Positions 11,496-21,786 of a DNA stretch of 22,348 nt are shown here, piece by piece. The stretch comes from Priapulus caudatus (lineage: Eukaryota): NCBI RefSeq assembly GCF_000485595.1, contig NW_014577068.1, positions 966,216-988,563 on the forward strand. The letters run 5' to 3'. Under the pieces are notes generated by a model, which had not been told where the DNA came from, searched no databases, and was given only the letters and a program-made list of their open reading frames with translations. The translations under genes and the position numbers were made by a program. Each line of letters begins with the position of its first letter. Position 1 is the first letter of the stretch.

Positions 11496-11789
11496 GTGAG
11501 TGAACGCTTCGAATAGTCATCGTGTAGTTCTTACATAATGTTGTATCTATATCGATGTATATGTGTGGACAATGCCACAAGGTTTAATTGTGACGTGATC
11601 AAAATAATCGATTGAGATATGCACGTAAACGTCGTCTTTCATAAGCATAACATCGTCTTAATAATACTGTGTTGTCCGCGTGGATATCATGTGGTGGTAT
11701 ATATCATATGTATATATATATATCTATTATATTCAGGGCTTGCAATACAATCTGGCAATTATACGCTAGGTTTAATGTAATATCTATGT

Positions 11790-12130
11790 AACATATATTC
11801 GCTATGCGTATATTCGTATGTCCAGTATGTATTCGTAAACGTATTCGTATGTATACTATCCTACATGACTGCATACATGGATATGTATATTGTATATGTA
11901 GCTATGGAATACTATGTAGTTGCTTAACATAATGTTGTATCTATACTCATGTATAGGTGTGTAAATGGGCAACTCATATATGATATATGTCAATATATTG
12001 AAGATATAATTCGTATGCTATATTTCGTATGTCGAGTATGTATTCGTATACGTATTCGTATGTATACGTATCGTATTCGTATAGCGTAACGTATTCCTAT
12101 TCGTATGTAGTGGTAATCGTATATTGTATG
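11790..12130. repeat. Degenerate tattcgtatg-based tandem repeats with a local duplication
   Basis: Many tattcgta copies. 11795-11860 resembles 12009-12075, and 11523-11570 resembles 11915-11965. Confidence 0.75.
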
Positions 12131-12984
12131 TCAGGTCGTCGAAAGTCATGCTAATTCACATCTCGTACGTGGCATGAATAGCGGCTTTGCGGTTTTGCTA
12201 TTGCAACACATCTTTCCAGCGGCAATTCGGTAGCTTGTAAATTAACCGCCAATGGCGCCCACATACGCCTTTCTCCGCGGCAATATCAGCAATTCATGAA
12301 GGCAGTAATACTCGGGGCATATTTTCTCCGTCATTTTCTTGACATGTTCAGCTTCCATATTATATAAAATGTGCCGTGTTGTCGGCCGCGCGCCGCTTGT
12401 GAATCCGCCGCTGATCATGCGTCTTTGTCGGTCATATTATGTTATGTCACCACCATACCTTCAGTATCTGAGCGATTTTCTATTATTCGAGAATTCACAA
12501 TTCCATTACATTCCAGTGAGTTACGTTGCAAACCATTTGTGCAATTTTGGCCTACCGTGCATGATAAGTGCTAGCGCTTTTTGCATATTTCAACAAATCC
12601 CGAAAATTCGGTAGGCTTATCATTTGAGCGGCAAAAACGCGCCACACGTTGTGCGAATGAACGCGCCCAATAACGGCGGCATACGCGCGTGCGTATATAC
12701 GTGGGCGTTCCCTTCGTGCGTGCGCACGGCGCATGTTGTTACGTTTATGTTGCGTGGACGTTTTATGTTTACGTTTATATTAAACTGCGAGGCAGGCGGA
12801 GTTCGAGTTTTTTTTTCTGTCAAAGTTTTTCTTGCGCAACGTACAGGCAATGGACGGCCTCCCGCTCGACGCGGCAGGGTAGACGAAGTTGCGCACGGGA
12901 ACGGCGGTGAAGAGGTTTGATAAAAAGACCTCGCACGTACGGGAGCCAGGTATATAGCTTCGCTGTTAATAATAGACTTATAGT

Positions 12985-14047
12985 TTTATTACTGTAAGTC
13001 CCCCTGTAGCGTGGCCGCGCATGTTCGCTTGGAACTTGTAACACCTGTTGCATGCATTTTTCAGGTGTTTGTTTTGTGTATCCAATGAGAACAGAATCAT
13101 AAACTCACTTTAATAAAGCGGCAAGCTGGTCTATTGACTTTAACTTCTAGACTGCATATCACGAATACAAACCCATGACATAATCATTTTTACTGAAACA
13201 TGTTGGCAGCTATTCGTGGTAGTGTGATAACGCAACAGTGTACATATAGTGACGTTGCACACAGCACAACGGGGTGACGGTGTTCGAAGCTGTAGCTGGC
13301 GCCAACCTTGCAATTTCCTGCAACTCTCATAATCCACATCTTGCACGTCTCGGTTGAGGTTTAACAGACGCCTGGAAATTGTAGAAACTGTGCTTCTGCT
13401 GTACACCACATTCCCCCTGGCTGAAAAGACTTCGTTGCTGTCAACTGCGGAGTACATATGTGTTATATAGCCTATAACCAAAGCAATAAATAGCATCAGA
13501 AAACAATAATAATATAAAGACTGATAATACGAACAATAAATACAATACACGTAATGCGCACGCTAATATGCAGCACCCCGTACGTGGCGTAACTGCACTA
13601 ACACTATCCATGCTAGCGCACTACGCGTACTTGCGTAACGGCGGTATCCGATTTACTAACTCGTTCTTTTTCATCATTTCACCAAAAAGCTGGCAAATCG
13701 CCCAGTTGGGCCGGTGGCGTTTTGTGGCCATTCTACTTTGAAATATTGAGGTTTTTTCGTAGTTAGCTCAGATTGTCGGTGAACAGATCAATTGTGTTTT
13801 CCGACGCTACCTTACTTCGCTGTTCCAGGTATTGCGAGGTACAACAATACGGAGTACATGCCATGGTAATCAAAACACACGAAATGTAGCTGTTTTCACT
13901 CTACTTTGTGTTCTTTCCCTATATCGCCTTGAAATTCCAATTGCCAAATGCCCTGCGCCAGTTCTTGTATTGGCCTGAAATTGTCGACTCTTCGCTGGCA
14001 GCTTAATGGTTCCGTGCGCCCGCGTATGCATTCGGCGACGGATCCAT
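12985..14047 (-). pseudogene. Candidate two-exon gene of unknown function (exons ~14047-13816 and 13471-~12985)
   Basis: Minus-strand ATG at 14047, donor GTAAGG at 13815, T-rich tract and TAG acceptor at 13473-13472, open frame GYITHMYSAVDSNEVFSARGNVVYSR... to 13140, and AATAAA at 12990-12985. Exon 1 needs frameshifts. Confidence 0.3.
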
Positions 14048-14310
14048 ATGCTGCCAGCACTTTCGTAGTCGGCGCGCCGGAAGACGTTGCCGCGTCGCAG
14101 TGCGCCTTGCCGCAGGAACTCGGCGGGCAGGATCTGCGCGTACATAGCGATTGGATTAACAACCATCCTTCGGCAACGCTTCTCTAGTATCCGTCCACCC
14201 CCCGGCAAAAAGAAAAGATCTGGATAATCCCCGCACTTTGATGTATGCCGATCGAGTCGCCTTGTGAAATACTAAGAGAGGGACCAAGATACAAGATCCT
14301 TTGCCGTAAA

Positions 14311-14692
14311 CGGAAATGCATCCCCGGCGGGAGGGACAGTACCGTAACAATGGCAGCAACTATGTTACGGGTTAGGGTTAGGATCAGGCGTTAAGGGGCG
14401 TTAGGGTTAAGGGTTAGGGTTAGGTTAGGGTTAGGGTAGGGCCTTTAAGGGTTAGGGTTAGGGTTTTGCATCATGATATGCTGTCCCCACACCATAGGAT
14501 TAATTTTGTGGATGACACCCCTATTATAATAGAGATCGCGATATATAGGTGAAGTGGATATATATTTAGTGTTGGGTTGGTTAGTGTTGGAGTCAGGGTT
14601 ATGGTAGCTGTTAAATTTTGTTTTGAAGTATACGTCCAACTGTAATCACGTTACCGTCCTCCACGCGGGGATAAGCAACTGCAGACACTCTT
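14311..14692. mobile_element. TTAGGG-containing mini-element, copy 1 (degraded, with ~100 bp extra at 14466-14566)
   Basis: Collinear with 21532-21779; TTAGGG units at 14365-14465. Confidence 0.65.
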
Positions 14693-14698
14693 TGGTAA

Positions 14699-15109
14699 AG
14701 GGCCAGCCACACTAGGCCGTTGAAATCGGGGCGATAAAATCGGGCGACTAAATCGGCAGTGAAACATCGGTCCTAGTGTGGTCGCAGCTCAATCACGCCG
14801 ATTAGTGCGCCCGATTTCGTCGCCCGATTTCATCGCATAGATCAAAACGTTTTGATATTATCGGGCGATTTGTCGCCCCGATTTCTTCTCTCCGCGATTT
14901 AATCGCTAGTGTGTCCGGCCCGGCGAATACATCGCGTCCGATTGTACAAGTTCATGCAGCCAATCAAAGTTGTTGCAGTGATACTGACGTAATACCGCGA
15001 TGTTTCATGTTATATGTCATGTCATGTAATAGCGATGCACCGCCACGCACGCACACATGCGATGCGTACGACGCACCGCCACACTCATGCAAGCAACGTG
15101 TACGTGCAC
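14699..15109 (+). mobile_element. Left arm of Harbinger-like element, copy 1, ending at the gap
   Basis: Collinear with 21787-~22150. Confidence 0.7.
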
Positions 15110-15119
15110 NNNNNNNNNN
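15110..15119. other. Assembly gap (10 N) at the junction of the duplicated copies
   Basis: N run. Confidence 0.99.
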
Positions 15120-15170
15120 TATATATACATCAGGATACATATATATATATCATATCTTGATCATATATAT

Positions 15171-15550
15171 CAGCATAGCGGGAAACCCAGGGGGTGATGG
15201 TGCGAGCAAAGTAAATATTTTAGATCGGATTTTACCAAGCACACGGGCTGTCAGGTTACCTGGCTCCAGTTTGAACGTACAAAAACGGCCGAAGTAAATT
15301 ATCTTGGCAGTTGACGGCGACCGACGTCGGAGCGCATTTTCCCTGTACATTAGCATAGCTGGAAATCGTGGCGCGATACTGCGAGCAAAGTGAAGCACGT
15401 AGATAAGATTTTACCATGCCACACGTGCCGTCGGCCCGCCCGAGACTAGTTTAAACGCATGAACGTTTGAACGGCCGAAAAAATGCTTTTGGCAGTCAAC
15501 GGTGACCGACGCACGAGCGCCACCTTCATGTACATTAATATCAGTATAGC
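15171..15550. repeat. Two diverged ~180-bp tandem units inside the foldback element
   Basis: agcatagc...tgcgagcaaagt...gattttacca...aacggccgaa...ttggcagt.(g/a)acgg.gaccgacg occurs twice (from 15171 and 15351). Only about 1.3 units remain in copy 1 (5881-6120). Confidence 0.8.
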
Positions 15551-15589
15551 CATAGGTATAGCTGATGGGTCTGTGTTAAAGTAAAAAAA

Positions 15590-16864
15590 AAAATCAAATA
15601 TGATAAATGACATTAAACATGGTGGTTTGAATATGGTTGACATTTGAACTAAATTTGATAGTTAAATATCAAAATAGATTTTTATTTAATTGTGTACTGA
15701 ATGTAAATAAAGAATAGAAAGTTATGTTTAATTACTGGATTGCTAAATTGGAAGGCATTGATGTGAGTTGGAATTGTAAATTTAGGCCAAATGATGTTTC
15801 CTTTTATAGAGGTAAAATACCTGATTTTTATTGTGATTTATAAATTTGCCGTATGGCTTCATGAGAGAAACTGTTCAGGTGATTTTTCTTGTCCGCATGA
15901 TTCTGAAGACACTATATATATATATATAATATATGAGAAATGAAGTGGTTGAAAGAAGTGCTATATATAAGGGGAAAATGTTGTTTCATCAAATCGCATG
16001 TTTTGTAAATTGGAGATTTGTTGGAAAATTCCAGCTATCTGCAAATCAACAACATGAAACCAAAGTTGATAATCAAAGCTGGTCGATGGATCAGTGGTTT
16101 CCTCTCCAGCTAATCTAGCTAATTATTGGGGGCCCGGGTGGGGCATATTTGGGGGCGTCTGGTTGGCACACCGCACCAGTGAAAAATCCTGGCAGCGGCC
16201 ATTCATGATACCTGGGACTATTCCGAACATTTTCCAATGAGTTCCAGAAGGTTTCCTTTCCTGCTAATCTAGCTCAATATTAGGGGTGGTGCATTTCGGG
16301 GCGCCTGGCAGATACACCCACCATTGAAATATTCAGGCAGTGGCTATTTACGATACCTGGGACCATGCCGAACATTTTCCAACGGGTTCCATTAGGGATC
16401 CTTTCCAGCTAATCGAACTTAATTTTAGGGGTGGGTGAATTTGGGGGCGTCTGGCGGATACACCCAACACTGAAATATTCAGGCAGTGGCTATTTACGAT
16501 ACCTGGGACCATGCCGAACATTTTCCAACGGGTTCCATTAGGGATCCTTTCCAGCTAGTCTAGCTCAATTTTGGGGTACCGGTTATGCAAGTCTGGCGGA
16601 TACGCCCACCACTGAAGGATTCTGGCAGTGTCCATTCATGATACCTGGGACCGTGCCGAACATTTTCCAAAAGATTTCATTGGGTTTCCTCTCCAGGGTG
16701 CCAATTTTGGGGTGCATTTAAATTTTAAAAGGAACTCGCTGATCACACCCACCACAGGGTGCCCTGCAGACGTCCATTTCTTTACATGAGTATGTCCATG
16801 AATCATTGCTATATACATGAAAATTGGTTTCCTTTCCAGCTAGGCTGACCCCCTGGGCTCCCGC
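15590..16864. mobile_element. Right arm of the foldback element, copy 2, with four ~144-bp tandem units
   Basis: Reverse complement of 4601-5420. gatacctgggac recurs near 16207, 16352, 16498 and 16640. Confidence 0.85.
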
Positions 16865-17520
16865 ATTGTAGATTGTTCAGGTTATGTTCTAGGTTGTAAT
16901 AGTGTAAACAGTAAAGCGCGGTTTACAACGCTGGATCTGCTTTCCACTAACTATATAACGGCCCGACCATATCCCACCCGGAAAATAAAACATGACAACA
17001 CTCGCGAATAATTGGGCATAAAGATAACAATTTGAATGGCTCTCATTAATAACTAGCCCAATATTCAAATTTCAGCTCACTGCCGCATTGTCAATTACTG
17101 TGTTGGCAATCCTCATTAACCTCCGAAAGAAATATCGTTTTGCTAAATTATACTTTTAAAAAGTGTCTGTAGGGCCTACTTTGACGTAGTTTGGCACAAA
17201 AATTACTATGGAAATGGGGGTTTCCGAATTTACAAGAGGTCCCGTTTTCTCAAAATGATGTGTAATGTGACATGCGCCTGTCTGTTCGACCGTGCCCAAT
17301 ATCTGCACAATGAAATCAACTGCGGCTAAAATGATACATTTACATGAAATTACATTACAACACATTACAATTACGTAAGAGAGCACACACTTACCGGTTG
17401 AATGAAGAGTGTATTGGAATGGCTCTCCAAATAATGATAAAGTGTACCGTTTTCCAATTGTCACCAAATTGGTGGCGGTTTACATATCGGTGTTCGCGCA
17501 TGCTCAGTATTTCTCAAAAG

Positions 17521-17644
17521 CATGCACATGCACGCACGTATGCACACACAGACGCACGCACACACGTGTACTTGCACACGCACGCATGCACGCACGTGTA
17601 CGCACGCACGTGTACGCACGCACGCACGTATACGTGCACAAGCA
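17521..17644. repeat. (GCAC)n-type purine-pyrimidine satellite running into the gap
   Basis: Directly visible. Confidence 0.9.
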
Positions 17645-18526
17645 NNNNNNNNNNNNNNNNNNNNNNNNNNNNNNNNNNNNNNNNNNNNNNNNNNNNNNNN
17701 NNNNNNNNNNNNNNNNNNNNNNNNNNNNNNNNNNNNNNNNNNNNNNNNNNNNNNNNNNNNNNNNNNNNNNNNNNNNNNNNNNNNNNNNNNNNNNNNNNNN
17801 NNNNNNNNNNNNNNNNNNNNNNNNNNNNNNNNNNNNNNNNNNNNNNNNNNNNNNNNNNNNNNNNNNNNNNNNNNNNNNNNNNNNNNNNNNNNNNNNNNNN
17901 NNNNNNNNNNNNNNNNNNNNNNNNNNNNNNNNNNNNNNNNNNNNNNNNNNNNNNNNNNNNNNNNNNNNNNNNNNNNNNNNNNNNNNNNNNNNNNNNNNNN
18001 NNNNNNNNNNNNNNNNNNNNNNNNNNNNNNNNNNNNNNNNNNNNNNNNNNNNNNNNNNNNNNNNNNNNNNNNNNNNNNNNNNNNNNNNNNNNNNNNNNNN
18101 NNNNNNNNNNNNNNNNNNNNNNNNNNNNNNNNNNNNNNNNNNNNNNNNNNNNNNNNNNNNNNNNNNNNNNNNNNNNNNNNNNNNNNNNNNNNNNNNNNNN
18201 NNNNNNNNNNNNNNNNNNNNNNNNNNNNNNNNNNNNNNNNNNNNNNNNNNNNNNNNNNNNNNNNNNNNNNNNNNNNNNNNNNNNNNNNNNNNNNNNNNNN
18301 NNNNNNNNNNNNNNNNNNNNNNNNNNNNNNNNNNNNNNNNNNNNNNNNNNNNNNNNNNNNNNNNNNNNNNNNNNNNNNNNNNNNNNNNNNNNNNNNNNNN
18401 NNNNNNNNNNNNNNNNNNNNNNNNNNNNNNNNNNNNNNNNNNNNNNNNNNNNNNNNNNNNNNNNNNNNNNNNNNNNNNNNNNNNNNNNNNNNNNNNNNNN
18501 NNNNNNNNNNNNNNNNNNNNNNNNNN
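17645..18526. other. Assembly gap (882 N)
   Basis: N run. Confidence 0.99.
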
Positions 18527-19329
18527 ACGTACACGTGCGTGCGTGCGTGCGTACACGTGCGTGCGTACACGTGCGTGCATGTGTGCGTGTGCACGTACAC
18601 GTGCGTGCGTGCGTGCGTACACGTGCGTGCGTACACGTGCGTGCATGTGTGCGTGTGCACGTACACGTGCGCGCGTGCGTGCGTGCGTGCGTGTGCAAGT
18701 ACACGTGCGTGCGTGCGTGCGTGTGTACGTACACGTGCGTTCGTGCGTGCGTGCGTGCGTGTGCACTTAAACGTGCGTACATGCGTGCGTGCGCGCGTGC
18801 GTGCGTGCGTGCGTGCGTGCTTTTGAGCGTGCATGTGTACGTACACGTGCGTGCGTGCGTGTGCACGTTCACCTGCGTGCATGCGTGCGTGCGTACGTGC
18901 CTGCGTGCGTGTGCACGTACACGTGCGTGCGTGCGTGCGTGCGTATGTGCGCGCGTGTGCAGGTACACGTTCGTGCGTGCGTGCGTGCGTACGTGCGTGC
19001 GTGTGCACGTACACGTGCGTGCGTGCGTGCGTGCGTGTGTACGTACACGTGCGTGCGTGCGTGCGTGTGAACTTACACGTGCGTACATGCGTGCGTGCGT
19101 CCGTGCGTGTGCACGTACACGTGCGTGCGTGCGTGCGTGTGCAGGTACACGTTCTTGCGTGCGTGTGTGCGTGTGCAGGTACACGTGTGTGCATGTGTGC
19201 GTGCGTGCGTACGTGCGCGTGTGTGCAGGTACACGTGCGTGCGTGCGTGCATGCACGCGTGCGTGCGTGTGCACGTACACGTGCGTGCATGAGTGTGTGC
19301 ACGTACACGTGCGTGCGTGCGTGCGTGCA
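18527..19329. repeat. (GTGC)n satellite with higher-order gtgtgcacgtacacgtgc units
   Basis: About 800 bp of nearly continuous alternating purine-pyrimidine repeat. Confidence 0.95.
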
Positions 19330-19630
19330 TCGGTATTACATGACATGACATACTAAACATGAAACATCGCTATTACGTCGGTATCATTGAACAACTCTGA
19401 TTGGCTGATGAATTGTACAATCGGGCGATTTTATCGCCGGCCCCGGACACACTAGGCGATTTTATCGGGCGACTGAAATAATCGCCCGATAATATCAAAA
19501 CGTTTTGATCTATGCGATTAAATCGGGCGACTAAATCGGGCGACTAAATCGGCGGCGATTGAGTGGACACACTAGGCGATTTCACCGGCGATTTAGTCGC
19601 CCGATTTATTCGCCTAGTGTGTCCGGCCCT
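19330..19630 (-). mobile_element. Right arm of a PIF/Harbinger-like non-autonomous element (copy 2 specific)
   Basis: Ends tcgcctagtgtgtccggccct followed by TTA, and is the reverse complement of 21787-22100. The equivalent site in copy 1 (tataattaaaatgcgtatc, 8461-8479) is empty. Confidence 0.75.
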
Positions 19631-20075
19631 TTAAAGAAAATGCGTATCAGCCGCAGGCGCGTGCAGGTACACACACGCACCGCAAACATTCACGCAAGGA
19701 GGCACATACACGCATAGGAAGCACGCGTAGGCCCCTACACAAGAAATCACGCACATACACGAACGCACGTAATCATACATCAACACACACGCGCGCGCAC
19801 ACACACACACACGCGCGCACGCGCACACGCACACACACATGCGCGTGCGTATAAATGTATCGTATACAGCTCAGTGGGTTGTAGGCATATGCAACATTAG
19901 CTCCAAGAAACGGTCTTGCTAGGGTTAGAAGACCTCTGCAATCGTATAGACAATCTTTCGCACAGCCTGGTCGGGCTAACGCAACATAAGCATATATATA
20001 TATCGATTGACAGCGGTCACGATATGTGCACATATGAATATATGTATATCTATATTCACGTGTGTGTATAGTAGA

Positions 20076-20924
20076 CAGGGCTCACTGGTGCCCTAAGCAC
20101 TGACAAATCTTGGTGCCCCCCTCCTTTCCACACTGACCCAGTCCATTTTAGTTGTTGACCTGTCTGACCAAATATACAATGCAGGTTGCAGCAGTACACA
20201 AATTTATGTAGGATTTCAAGGAGGGTGGTGATAAACAGGCAGGGGGTATGGGAGTTCTCCCCCAGAACTTTTTAAAAATGTAGATCGCAGGAGATGGTAT
20301 TTGAGGCAATTTTGAGCGTACATGCATGTACACTTTCATTCTGACTACGAGTCAATCTATTTGTTTTTTTTTATACGTTTTAGTTGGGAGAAAGACCTCT
20401 CTGTTGTGCAGTTGGTGACCATTAATGTTAAAAATATTCTTAAGGCAATTTCAACATTTGGAAAGGCACTCTCTAGTTTGTCTTCTGTAATTGTGTTGTA
20501 AAGTTCCATGTGAGTGAAAGATGTTTTCTTGGTTGTTTTAAACTTATGAAGAACATATGAATGGAACTGTTGAAGCTCTGTAGACAAAGTGTTTTTCATG
20601 TCATCTGGATAAGCATCAATGAGTGTCTGACAAGTCTTTGAATACCTTTCACTTTCTGATAATTGGGAATTAGCACCTTGTTGGGTGGCATTAGGGGCCC
20701 CTTGTATTGTATTTAGGGTCCCTGTATACAGGGTCTCTGTATATAGGGACTCTAATTGTATTTTATTGTTGGGGGCCCCTTGTGGTAGGGGCCCCTACAC
20801 CTGGGAAGTACAAATCTTTATTCGTTTTTTTTTCTTTTCACCTTTTTCCCAACTTTGTGGTGCCCCCTTTGGCCCTGGTGCCCTAAGCACGTGCTTAGTC
20901 TGCTTAATGGTTAATCCGGCACTG
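20076..20924 (-). mobile_element. hAT deletion derivative with perfect 8-bp TSD
   Basis: TSD atagtaga at 20068-20075 and 20925-20932. Termini cagggc and ttaatccggcactg. Subterminal ggtgccc/ggggccc motifs and an internal transposase fragment. Confidence 0.9.
20357..20662 (-). pseudogene. hAT transposase C-terminal dimerisation-domain fragment
   Basis: LSESERYSKTCQTLIDAYPDDMKNTLSTELQQF...ESAFPNVEIALRIFLTLMVTNCTTERSFSQLKRIK carries the FPN...ERSFS-LKRIK signature of the hAT dimerisation domain. Confidence 0.9.
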
Positions 20925-21029
20925 ATAGTAGATATCTTTGACCAGGCACACAATCATTATTGATATACGCATGCGGCTAGTCCAGTGTCACAGGGCATTA
21001 GAGCTGAGTTCATGCCGTTTCAAATTCAT

Positions 21030-21414
21030 TAGGCCTGAGTTCAAAGCGTAATAACAAGAGATAAAATGAAAACCAAAGGAAAAACAAAAATGAAGATGAT
21101 AAACATTGAAACATACGGATTGAAGGAATATATAAAAGAATTATCATTTGCCGACTCGTGTTTTTTGCATTTAAATGTAAAACTTGCATGATTGAGCTCA
21201 AAGGTACGTTACTTTAGAAATAACTTCAGTGACGACAGGTGTAATCGATGTAATAAAAATATGAAAGAGGACTTGGAACATTTATATAATTGTGATAGCT
21301 ATAATAGATATAAGAATGGTGAACAAATAGAAGGCTGAAGAGGAGACAACCACGGGTTATTGAAACCAGAGTTAGTTTATGTGCGGAAAATTCTGGTGAT
21401 TCGAAACACTAATA
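21030..21414 (+). mobile_element. Non-LTR retrotransposon (LINE) ORF2 C-terminal fragment with a CCHC motif
   Basis: With two frameshifts: MKTKGKTKMKMINIETYGLKEYIKELSFADS / VFFAFKCKTCMIELKG / YFRNNFSDDRCNRCNKNMKEDLEHLYNCDSY. The C-x2-C...E-x3-H-x3-C pattern is typical of LINE ORF2 C-termini. Confidence 0.7.
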
Positions 21415-21485
21415 TCTAGAGGCGGCACTAATCTCCTTTTTCTCTAGATAATCCCCGCACTTTGATGTATCGATCGAGTGCCTTG
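21415..21485 (+). mobile_element. 71-bp mini Helitron-like element (termini only)
   Basis: Starts TC after an A, has hairpin gcactttgat...atcgatcgagtgc, and ends CTTG before a T. No TSD. Confidence 0.55.
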
Positions 21486-21531
21486 TGAAATACAAGAGAG
21501 GGAGCCAAGATACAAGATGCCTTTTGGTAAA

Positions 21532-21779
21532 CGGGAAATGCTATCCCCCCGGGCGTGGAGGGACAGTACCGCAACGTGGCAGCACTAGTGTTAGGATTAG
21601 GGTTAGGATCAGGGTTAGGGTTAGGGTTAGGGTTAGGGTTAGGGTTAGGGTTAGGGTTAGGGTTAGGGCTAGGGCTAGGGTTAGGGTTAGGGTTAGGGTT
21701 ACTGTTAAGTTTTGAAGTATACGTCAACTGTATCACGTGACCGTCCCTCCACGCCCGGGGGATAGCAACTGCAACACCC
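21532..21779. mobile_element. Mini-element with subterminal inverted repeats enclosing a telomere-like (TTAGGG)n array
   Basis: tgctatccccccgggcgtggagggac (21539-21564) and gtccctccacgcccgggggatagca (21743-21767) are inverted repeats. Direct repeat ttggtaaa at 21524-21531 and 21780-21787. Confidence 0.8.
21591..21700 (+). repeat. Interstitial (TTAGGG)n array, about 18 units
   Basis: Directly visible, with a few variant units (CTAGGG, TTAGGA, TCAGGG). Confidence 0.95.
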
Positions 21780-21786
21780 TTGGTAA

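Larger units (their letters stand above)
10755..14264 (+). mobile_element. Helitron-like element (~3.5 kb), non-autonomous, with apparent gene cargo
   Basis: It shares both ends with the 71-bp element at 21415-21485, and ~10793-14220 is absent there. The 3' end has a gcact...agt(c)gc hairpin followed by CTTG|T. A second internal CTAG|T end lies at 14184-14188 after an imperfect hairpin. No TSD or TIR, and no Rep/helicase motifs recognised. Confidence 0.55.
5881..15109 (+). repeat. Copy 1 of a large direct duplication (partner ~15307-22348)
   Basis: Collinear blocks: 5881-~8100 with 15307-~17560; 8468-10790 with 19636-21448; 14221-15109 with 21446-~22150. They differ by many 1-bp indels and several insertions. 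Confidence 0.9.

Noticed and set aside
13764..13810. tagctcagattg resembling a tRNA/SINE A-box
   Set aside because: No B-box and no cloverleaf downstream.
17344..19360. Very long ORFs (400-670 aa) on both strands
   Set aside because: They are made of the N gap plus stop-free (GTGC)n satellite and are not real proteins.
19420..19630. Regularly recurring short repeats resembling a CRISPR array
   Set aside because: Repeats occur in both orientations without unique spacers, the context is eukaryotic, and no cas genes are present. They are transposon subterminal motifs.
21334..21402. Hammerhead-ribozyme-like motif (ctgaagag...gacaacc/ggttatt...gaaac...ggtg); also at 10663-10730
   Set aside because: Core spacing is off, stem I is not supported, the cleavage triplet would be GUG, and it lies within the LINE remnant.
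21591..21700. True telomere or chromosome-fusion site
   Set aside because: The array is short, in a single orientation, and enclosed by inverted repeats with ordinary sequence on both sides.
21428..21740. ORFs with PNPN, RVRV or GLGL repeats
   Set aside because: These are translations of (TTAGGG)n.
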